A stretch of DNA of 64,000 nucleotides from Malacoraja senta (Eukaryota): NCBI GenBank assembly GCA_038087875.1, contig CM075977.1, forward strand, positions 269,390,001-269,454,000, in the 5' to 3' direction. This document shows positions 12,723 through 21,530 of this stretch, in pieces; position 1 is the first letter of the stretch, and each line of letters opens with the position of its first letter. The position numbers and the translations under genes were made by a program. The notes beneath the pieces were generated by a model. That model did not search any database, was not told the DNA's origin, and saw only the letters and a program-made list of their open reading frames with translations.

Positions 12723-13973
12723 ATGAGTTCACAAAAGAAAAGACTCTCGAAGAGAACTGCCCCCAGCTCATCTCCACCAGAGGAGCGTTCAATCGCAGGG
12801 GGACAGCAACAGGCGGCAGGAACGCTCATAGAGCGCTCCGCTATCCCCGAGACCGAGCCGAGCCCAGTCCCGCTAATGCCTGCACAGCGGACAGGGAGGA
12901 AAGCCATGAGAAAAAGTATCCGGCCGGTCATTTCTGATTCGTCGGAGGGGGACATGTCTCCACCGAAACGGAGGAGAGACAGCCGCCAGAGCTTACAACA
13001 GCTCTTGGAGCAGATGCTCCAGCGGGATGCACAGAAGGAGCGTTCCCGCGGAGGTAGGTCAGGCACCTCCTCCACAGTGTCTTGTGCGCTGCCCTCTGCT
13101 CCCTCATTACTGGAGGCTAGCATTGGTGACCAGGGTTGGGCTGGTCTGGAACAGGGGCTGGCGGACGAATTCGGCGGTATGCAAGGGGTGCAGGAGCAGG
13201 AAGAGCTGCTGGGTGTCGTGGACCGCTATGTAGCAACCCCACGTGCTGGAAGACCGCTGGAACCAAAAATGGCGGCCAGCATAAATCATCTATCAAATAA
13301 GCCCTTGCAGGAGAAGGTACTGCTAGAGGCGCTTGACCTTTACACAGCACCAGAGAACTGTGAGGCCCTCAGAGTGAAGACTGTGAACAGCCAGATCTGA
13401 GGGCACGTGGGGTCAAACATGCGTAACCATGAAGTCAAGCTACAGCGGATCCTGAGGCTCCTGACGTCGGCCATAACAACCTTTGCTCGTTCTGTGGATA
13501 GTACGGAGATGGATACGTGCCAGCAGGATGTGCTGGCACTGATGTGCAACACACAATTTGAAATCAACAATCTCCGGCGGGAAAACATAAGACCTGCCCT
13601 CAATCCCAAATTTGCTGGGTTGTGCAGAGCCCCAGCTGCAGAGACGGATGCTCTGTTATTTGGGAAAGACCTCAATAAAAAACTGAGGGACATGGAGGAA
13701 GCAGCGAAAACTTTCGGCCTCATGAGGGCAGGCCCCGGGACGAGCAAACCAAGAGCTGCAATACCCAAGCGGCAGCACCCCATGGCATCCACCAGTCTAC
13801 GTCCTCAATATGGGACTGGTGAAAGCTCGGGGACCGCATTTTATCCCCAAAGATCTTTTTTAGATCAGGGCCCACAGCGGACCCCATGGAAAATGCGCCA
13901 CCCCCCAACATCGCCAGCACGTCAGACAAACAAACCGTACAAAAACCTCAGGAAACAAAAGAAACACCAATAA
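12723..13973 (+). pseudogene. gag: DIRS gag-like ORF1 with a single nonsense codon (TGA 13398-13400)
   Basis: ORFs 12672-13400 and 13407-13973 are in the same frame. Copies 2, 4 and 5 have TGG (Trp) at the stop position. Confidence 0.88.
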
Positions 13974-15910
13974 CCATGGAGGTAGGTGGGTCTGGTTCCT
14001 GCCAGCATATAGATAATAAGGGTGCTTTACTAACAGGGGGGAGATTACACTTGTTTAAAGAAGCATGGGTTACTGTCACGAGTGACAAGTATATACTCAA
14101 CAGCATTAGTGGATATAAAATTCAGTTCATGTCAGAACAATCGCCGCCAGTTCAGCATTGGCCCCAAAGGGTATTTTCTCCCTCCGTCAAAGAGAAACGT
14201 GAGGGACAAGCTGAACTGGTGAGACTTATCACAAAGGGGGTCATCGAAAAGACCAAACATGAACCTTTGGAATTTGTATCAAATATATTCACTAAAACCA
14301 AAAAAGATGGGGGATGTCGCATCCTCATCGACTTAAGATCACTAAATAAGTTTGTTCAGTATATACATTTCAAAATGGAAACATTTGTTACTGCCAAACA
14401 ACTGATTTCCAAAGGATATTTCATGGCAAGCATTGATCTTAAAGATGCGTACTATTCAGTCCCCATACACAAAGATCATTGCAGGTACCTAAAATTTATC
14501 TGGTTGGGGCAGCTGTGGCAGTACAAAGCATTGCCCAATGGGCTAACTTCGGCCCCAAGATTATTTACCAAAATATTGAAAATAGCCATGGCAATACTAA
14601 GAAAACAAAAACATATTGTCATGGCATATTTGGATGATATTCTGATAGTAGGGAAAACGAAGGAATTGGCTGTGGCAGCAGTATCAGCTACAAAACAGCT
14701 CCTCGAAACTCTGGGGTTCATCATACATCCAGATAAATCTAAGTTAAAGCCATCCACTATCATGGACTACCTGGGCTTCACAATTAACTCAGTCCATATG
14801 ACTGTTACCTTGCCAAAGGAAAAAATGGTTGCATTAGCACAATCATGCAACAATTTAATGGTCAACAAACGACCAACTATTCGACAAGTAGCAAGAGTGA
14901 TTGGGAAAATGGTAGCAGCATTTCCGGCTACACAATTCGGACCTTTGCACTATCAAAATTTACAAAGAGCAAAGGTACAGGCACTAAAACGACATACAGG
15001 TCACTATGATCGTGTCATGAAATTACCCACTGAAGCAATATCAGAGCTACAGTGGTGGGCAGAAAATGTTTGGCATAGTGTCAGCTCTATCATTATCACT
15101 AACCCTACTTTAGTTCTTCAAACAGATGCCAGTGCTCAAGGCTGGGGAGCAACTAACTCCATATCCAGCACAGGTGGTAGATGGACTAACCTAGAGTCAT
15201 CGTTACTACTGACACTGGGCATTAACTATCTAGAGATGTTGGGAGCCTTTTATGGTTTAAAAGCATATGTATCTACTATGCAGCACTTGCATGTTCGGTT
15301 ACAAATAGATAATACTACGGTGGTGGCTTATATTAACCATATGGGCGGCATAAAATCACTATCATGCGACAAATTGGTCAATGTGATTTGGCAATGGTGT
15401 GTCGAAAGACATATTTGGCTATCAGCTACTTATCTACCAGGTAAGCTAAACAAAGTGGCAGACACCAGGTCACGCAAATTCAATGATAACATAGAATGGA
15501 TGTTAAACCCTAAAGTATTTGCTAAAGTTATTAAGCAGTATGGAACGCCAGATATTGATTTATTTGCATCACGACTAAATCACCAGTTACCTATGTATGT
15601 CGCTTGGGAACCAGACCCAGAGGCAGCAGCGCTAGATGCCTTCACGCTGGATTGGGGAAAGTTCTTCTTCTATGCTTTCCCTCCCTTCTGCCTCATCAGT
15701 CGGGTACTTCGCAAAATACAGATGGACTCTGCTTCTGGAATTTTGATGGTGCCCGACTGGCCCACACAGCCATGGTTCCCGGTTCTACATGACATGGTGG
15801 TTGAGTCACCAATGGTCTTTCCCAGTGATCCAGGATTATTAACTCACCCAGTAACAGGCATAAGCCACCCATGTCATGAGAAGATTAAACTCCTGGGTTG
15901 CAGGTTTTGA
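13886..15910 (+). CDS. pol: DIRS reverse transcriptase-RNase H-DNA N6-adenine methyltransferase-like polyprotein (start 13886 or Kozak ATG 13976)
   Basis: 674-aa ORF with IDLKDAYY, LPNGLTSAPR, YLDD (RT); TDASAQGWG, INYLE, DNTTVVAY, N.VAD..SR (RH); DLFAS, DAF..DW, YAFPPF (MT). Confidence 0.95.
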   Translation: MENAPPPNIASTSDKQTVQKPQETKETPITMEVGGSGSCQHIDNKGALLTGGRLHLFKEAWVTVTSDKYILNSISGYKIQFMSEQSPPVQHWPQRVFSPSVKEKREGQAELVRLITKGVIEKTKHEPLEFVSNIFTKTKKDGGCRILIDLRSLNKFVQYIHFKMETFVTAKQLISKGYFMASIDLKDAYYSVPIHKDHCRYLKFIWLGQLWQYKALPNGLTSAPRLFTKILKIAMAILRKQKHIVMAYLDDILIVGKTKELAVAAVSATKQLLETLGFIIHPDKSKLKPSTIMDYLGFTINSVHMTVTLPKEKMVALAQSCNNLMVNKRPTIRQVARVIGKMVAAFPATQFGPLHYQNLQRAKVQALKRHTGHYDRVMKLPTEAISELQWWAENVWHSVSSIIITNPTLVLQTDASAQGWGATNSISSTGGRWTNLESSLLLTLGINYLEMLGAFYGLKAYVSTMQHLHVRLQIDNTTVVAYINHMGGIKSLSCDKLVNVIWQWCVERHIWLSATYLPGKLNKVADTRSRKFNDNIEWMLNPKVFAKVIKQYGTPDIDLFASRLNHQLPMYVAWEPDPEAAALDAFTLDWGKFFFYAFPPFCLISRVLRKIQMDSASGILMVPDWPTQPWFPVLHDMVVESPMVFPSDPGLLTHPVTGISHPCHEKIKLLGCRF

Positions 15911-16881
15911 ATAGACCTTATCTGGAACTGGGATTGTCCGAACGTACCATCACCACCATGTCGGCATCCCTTCGAACATCCACCAAGAGGCAGTACTTAA
16001 GCAGCATAAGAAAATGGGAGAAGTACTGCCAGGAAACAGGAACAACGTATGCAACAGCCACAGCCACCAACGTACTGGAGTTCCTGGCCCATCTACACCA
16101 TGATGAAGGGATTAGTTACAGTGCCATCAACACAGCGCGGAGTGCTCTTTCTGCGTATCTCAAACCAGCAGGACAACAGGCAATGGGATCACATCCACTG
16201 GTGGTAAAACTGATGAAGGGTATTTATAATATCAAGCCCCCTAAACCCAGGTATACCCATATTTGGGATATCAGTGTGGTCCTGACATATCTCAGGAAAT
16301 GGCCACCAGCCAGATCCCTCAGCCTCGAGCAATCTACATTAAAGACGCTCATGTTGATGGCACTCGTATCCGCTCAGAGGGTTCAGTCACTACACAAGTT
16401 AAGGCTGGACAACATGGTGACCACCCCAGATCAGATCACATTCATCATACAGGGTCTGGTGAAGCAAAGCAGGCCAGGAACAGCGAATCCACTGGTGGTA
16501 TTCCGGGCCTACCCACAAGAGCCACGGTTGTGTGTCGTGACCCATCTACAACATTATATAGACACAACCCACAATATCAGAGGGAGTGAAAAAGCCTTAT
16601 GGGTCAGCCAGAAGAAACCTCATGGCCGGGTAACGAGCCAAACCATTGCAAGATGGCTCAAACAGGTGCTGAAGGCTGCCGGAATAGATACTAATACATT
16701 TAAATCTCATTCCACTAGGGCAGCATCTACATCAACGGCGGAAAGAATGGACGTACCGGTTGACCATATTCTGAATACAGCAGGATGGTCGAGGGAAACG
16801 ACATTCAGAACTTTTTATAATAAGCCGTTGATGAAACCAGATTTATTTGCAGAGAAAATATTAGAAGCTGCAAATATATAA
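15898..16881 (+). CDS. DIRS tyrosine recombinase (phage integrase family); 5' end may be supplied by splicing at 15904
   Basis: 327-aa ORF with SAQRVQSL (R), KQSR (K), HSTRAA (HxxR), AGWS (W) and FRTFYNKP (Y) catalytic motifs. Confidence 0.94.
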   Translation: MQVLNRPYLELGLSERTITTMSASLRTSTKRQYLSSIRKWEKYCQETGTTYATATATNVLEFLAHLHHDEGISYSAINTARSALSAYLKPAGQQAMGSHPLVVKLMKGIYNIKPPKPRYTHIWDISVVLTYLRKWPPARSLSLEQSTLKTLMLMALVSAQRVQSLHKLRLDNMVTTPDQITFIIQGLVKQSRPGTANPLVVFRAYPQEPRLCVVTHLQHYIDTTHNIRGSEKALWVSQKKPHGRVTSQTIARWLKQVLKAAGIDTNTFKSHSTRAASTSTAERMDVPVDHILNTAGWSRETTFRTFYNKPLMKPDLFAEKILEAANI

Positions 16882-17049
16882 TTTAAAGCCCGGGGGAGCT
16901 ATTTAATTTTGTTATTGTTAATAAATACCTTTTTTGTTTCTTGAGAAACGGATTCATTGGTTGATTACGATAACACTTCCTCCCTCAAGAACTTCAGCAG
17001 TGAGTGAAATAAAACTGTTACACGGTTTGAAATCACAGAGCTTTGAAAT

Positions 17050-17161
17050 CTTCACGAAGTCACTCACGTGACTCCGAAGTAAAATAGTAAGATTAAACGA
17101 GAACTTACCAGTTTGAAGTTTGATCTGTATTTTATGAGGAGTTACGATGAGGGATTACGTG
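17050..17161 (+). repeat. ICR of DIRS copy 3
   Basis: Complementary to 12531-12565 (1 mismatch) and to 17310-17386 (exact). Confidence 0.95.
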
Positions 17162-18589
17162 CCCTCCGCTCCCACCCTCATTATATGGATCAAACTAATA
17201 AATTGATGTCTCCTTTTCTTTACTATGTTTACTTCAAATACCTGTGTCTTTCTGTGATTCCACACCGCTGCTTGGAAGTATGCCGCGCCTGCGCACTGAG
17301 CGGGTTCTTCACGTAATCCCTCATCGTAACTCCTCATAAAATACAGATCAAACTTCAAACTGGTAAGTTCTCGTTTAATCTTACTATTTTAACACAATAC
17401 AAGGATTTGTTTAACGACGAGCTAGGCAGGTTGCCTGTGAGATACACAATTACTATTGACCCCGAGGCAATCCCAGTTGTTCGTCCAGCTAACAGGATTC
17501 CCCATGCTATGCGGGATCGTGTACAAAGTGAACTTAACAGAATGGTGGCTCTTGGTGTGATTATTCCGGTAACTGAACCCTTAGACTGGGTCTCCTCAAT
17601 GGTTGTCGCTACTAAGAAGAATAAGATGAGATACAGATTTGTATTAACCCCAAGGACTTAAAACTGAAAGTTGAAATTACTGTTACATAACTAGAGTAAT
17701 AGCTGTGTTGTTTTTCTACACATCTTCATTTCTCTCGAACCTAAAAAGTTAGCAAGATTTTAATACGTGCCACAATATTAAAACAGTCTAACTGGGAATA
17801 CGTTTGCTGGTTCTGATAGAGCTGCAAGATGCAGACACAGTTTCAATTGTGATTGCATGTTCCCCACCTCAATCAAGAAAAGATTGATGATAAATGTTCT
17901 GGAATCTAAAGAAAGAACATGTTCTGGAGAACTCAAACTCAACACAGAGACACAAACACGTTCAGAATCTCCAAAGATACATTGGGTGATAAATTCTGGA
18001 GCCCATTTAAGGGGATCACCGTTACGTGATCCTTGCACATCACAATGCCTGCAGCTCATCATCCTGGAAGTAAATCAACACCAAGCAGAGCCATTGAATT
18101 CATCCAGCAGCTTGTTTCTGAAATGAGCAGTTGGAATTTCAGGTTGAGACCCTTCAACTGGACTGAAATCCTTGAGGGGTGATTGCTTGTATAAGGAGAT
18201 GAGGTGGGAGGGGCAAGAGCAGGGACAAGCAGCAGATGGATTCAGCTGAGGAAAGGTGCATTGGTCGATGAAGTCAGGTGGGGGAGGGAGGGAGGGGTGG
18301 AGATGGTGACATAAGCTAGGAAGTGATTCAAACAAGTAACAAGGGGCTGCAGATCATGAAATCTGATGGGAATAGTGGTTGGAGTGTGGGAGATGGGGCT
18401 AGCAGAAGGGAATATTGGGGGGAAAGGAGCTTTCCACATTATATATATATATATGTTTGTGGGTGATGGACCAAGGGTGTGCATGTAGAAGCTGGGTGAG
18501 AGTGGGGAGCATGTTTGTTGGAAAGAAGGCTATGTGTGCCTTTAATAATTAATTCATTACATGTCTGTTCTTTGTAAAAAGGTTATGAA

Positions 18590-19070
18590 AAGAGATATAG
18601 AACAAATGAATGAAATATGTGCAGAAAAGTAATGAGGATAAAGGAAGCAGGCCATTGTTAGCTGTTTGCTAGGTGAGAACGAGAGGCTGGTGTGACTTGA
18701 GTGGGGGAGGGATGGAGAGAGAGGGAATGCAGAGGTTACTTGAAGTTAGAGAAATCAGTTCATACCATTGGGTTGTAAGCTGCCCAAGCAAAATATGAGG
18801 TGCTGTTCCTCCAATTTACGTTTGGCCTCAGTCAGACAATGGAGGAGGCCTAGGACAGAAAGATCAGTGTGGGAATGGGAAGAGGAGTTAAAGTGTTTGG
18901 CAACCGGGAGATCAGGTAGGTCCAGGCGGGCTGAGCAAAGGTGTTCAGCGAAACGATCGCCCAGTCTACGTTTGGTCTCGCCGATGTATAGGAGTCCACA
19001 TCTTGAATAACGGATACAGTAGATGAGGTTGGAGGAGGTGCAAGTGAACCTCTGCCTAACCTGAAAGGAC
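18590..19070 (-). mobile_element. Penelope-like element 3' fragment (GIY-YIG endonuclease)
   Basis: Minus strand reads RFTCTSSNLIYCIR..CGLLYIGETKRRLGDRFAEHL. Confidence 0.85.
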
Positions 19071-19619
19071 TGTAATTGTTAATTGTTGTAATTAATGTAC
19101 TGTGGATATATTTCATTAAATCACTTTAATTCTGCTGAAATTTATTTTTGATTTATTTCACAAATGCTACTATAATCTCTTAAGATTTAAGTAGAAGCGT
19201 GTGTTTCCTACGGTAATCATCCAATGGATGAATCCCACAGCTTCCTTGCGATTGAATCTGTTATCCCTGTGTGTGACAAGCATTGTCAGTTCTCAGCAGG
19301 ATCACTAACTATAGCAGCTCATGGAAACAGCACATCCTATCACTGGAGTAGAAAACGCAATGCTTTCTACTGCACCTCAGGGGCCAGTGCATTGAATGTC
19401 AGGAGAACAAAGGAGACTAGCAAAGTGTAGTACTGTGAAAAGGCCACTGGAACCCAAAAGGCCTGTTTTAAAACCAATATGTGTTAATCACTCACTCCCT
19501 TAAATAACAGACCGAAAGGTTGCAGTAATTAATGAGCAGTCTCTGCCTTTATCCAGTAAAAGCAAATGTGAAAGTAGGTTCGGACCGTTTGGCAAAACTA
19601 CCGAGGTTTGCCATAGAGT

Positions 19620-19960
19620 CATACCAAAAAAGAAACAAGACACACAACTACATAAAAATTTGACATAAACATCCACCACAGCATCTCCTCCCCATTCCCC
19701 ATTGTGATGGGAGGCAATAAAGTCTTATCTTCTTTCCACCTTTTCTCCCGCAGTCATGGGAGTCGAACCATCCACAGTCGGGGCAATTGAAGCTCCTGCT
19801 GCCGGCGATTGAAGCTCCAATGTCGGGGTGATCGAAGCTCCCGGGATCGGGGCGGTTGAAGCTCCTGCAGCTTGGAGCTCCCGAAGTCAGTCACTAACCT
19901 GGGACCTTGCGCTCCACGATGTTAACTCCGCAGTGCAGACAGAGATACGACACGGAAAAA
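19620..19960 (-). repeat. Unclassified interspersed repeat with internal GGAGCTTCGATCGCCCCGA subrepeats
   Basis: Reverse-complement similarity to 26250-26690 and 57060-57735. Confidence 0.7.
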
Positions 19961-20373
19961 GTCCTTATGCTTCTTTTAACAGCCTTCTCAATTTTTCCTG
20001 CTGATATTGAATATTTATATATGTGACCCTTCTCTCTGCTCCTGCATCCTCTTTAAAGTTTCAGTTTGATTATATTATTTCCTCAGCTTTCCTATAAAAA
20101 TGCATGATTTTGGATTTTGCTCTGTTAAATTTTTATCTGCCATATATCATTCTCATTTTACTAGTCTGTAACATCCACATGGAATTAGGTGATGCTGACA
20201 TAGGCTGCATTTATTAACCCTCTCCTGAGAAGGGTGTGGTGATTCACCTTCTTGAACTGCTTTGGTTCTTCTGTTGGAAGGTTTGCCCGCAGAAATGTTC
20301 AATGGGGCATTCCACGATTTAGACCCGCAAAACTGTGAAGCAACGAGTGTAGGCAGAGGATGGCATTTAATAT

Positions 20374-20658
20374 TTTAGAGATACAGCGCGGAAACAGGCC
20401 CTTCAGCCCACCGAGTCCGCACCGACCAGCGCCACATAAACACTATCCTACACAGACTAGAGACAATTCACATTTATACCAAGCCAAATAATGTACGTCT
20501 TTGGAGTGTGGGGGGAAACAGAAGATCTCGGAGAAAACTCACACAGATCTCGGGGAGAATGTACAAACTCCGTACAGACAGCACCCATAGTCTGGATCAA
20601 ACCCAGGTCTCTGGCGCTGTAAGGCAACAACTCTACCGCTGCTCCACCGTACCACCCC
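20374..20658 (-). mobile_element. HE1-type tRNA-derived V-SINE
   Basis: tRNA-like head, GGAGTTTGTAC.TTCTCCCCG core, CR1-type tail. Confidence 0.85.
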
Positions 20659-20969
20659 TAAGCATTATTTCCTTAGCATTATTGGTGACAGAGGTCATGC
20701 ATTTAGATAACATCTTTAGGATCAGCGTAGGTGAGTACCGGGAGTGACCTTGTAATTGGTGGATACTGCGGGTACTGCGTGCCAGTGGCAGAGAGAGTGG
20801 ACACTTAGTGTAGTCGATTGAGTGACAATCAAGCAGACTCCTTTTTGTCATGTATGATGTTGAGCTAACTAGAGCTATGCTCTTCCAGGTAAATGGAGAG
20901 TGTTACATCATACCAAAAGCAAAATAGTGCACTTGCTAAAAATGAACATACAACATAACTTCATATTCG

Positions 20970-21530
20970 TAGGTTATAGGAGCAGAAATGGGCCATTTGG
21001 TCCAGCAAGTCTACTCCACCGTTCAAGCATGGCTGATCTACCTTTCCCTCTCAACCCCATTCTCCTGCCTTCTCCCCATACGCTTACTAACCAAGAATCT
21101 GCCAATCTCCGCCTTAAAAATATCCATTGATTTGGCCTCTACAGCCTTCTGTGGCAATGAATTCCACAGATTCACCACCCTTTGACTAAATACATTTCTC
21201 CTCATCTCCTTTCTCAAGGTTATATGATGCTCAGTATTAACATACAGCACGGGAACAGCCCCTTCTGTCCCCAATGTCTGTGCTGAACGTAATGCAAGAT
21301 AAACTAATCTTATCTGCCTCATCCCATCTGCTTGCACATCATCCATATCCCTTCATTTGTTGCATATACATGTGCCTACATGTGCCACTTAAATGCCACC
21401 AATGTATCTGCCTCTATCACTACCCCTGACAGCCCATTCCAGTACCCACCACCCTCAGTGAAAAGATCATCTCCTTTAAACGTTTCCCCTCTCACCTTAA
21501 AGCTATATATTTTAGTCTTCGAAATTTCCA
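20970..21530 (-). mobile_element. Two CR1/HER1 LINE 3' fragments
   Basis: FSQRVVNLWNSLPQKAVEA..IFKAEI motif and CR1 3' tails. Confidence 0.8.

Larger units (their letters stand above)
12531..17386 (+). mobile_element. DIRS1-like retrotransposon, copy 3 (near intact, young)
   Basis: Intact termini, ICR 17050-17161, right ITR/extension ~17280-17386, open pol and YR ORFs, one stop in gag. Confidence 0.97.
11235..17660 (+). mobile_element. Gypsy (Mag-like) LTR retrotransposon A internal region: decayed, split by DIRS copy 3, truncated in RT
   Basis: gag MAAALRKPEVLVFD..IRDRLIHG..CPAYGKLC, protease KVDSGA (~12235). pol resumes at 17387 (YKDLFNDELGRLPV..WVSSMVV..CINPKDL). Homologous to element B. 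Confidence 0.88.

Noticed and set aside
13398-13400. Programmed stop-codon readthrough in gag
   Set aside because: Copies 2, 4 and 5 have TGG here, so a simple nonsense mutation or base error is more likely.
15480-16881. Methyltransferase plus phage-type integrase as a bacterial or prophage insertion
   Set aside because: Both are standard DIRS1 domains inside DIRS termini, embedded among vertebrate SINEs and LINEs.
17355-17372. Splice-donor-like CTG|GTAAGT in every DIRS right terminus
   Set aside because: Its conservation is already explained by terminal/ICR function, and no partner acceptor or usage evidence is visible.
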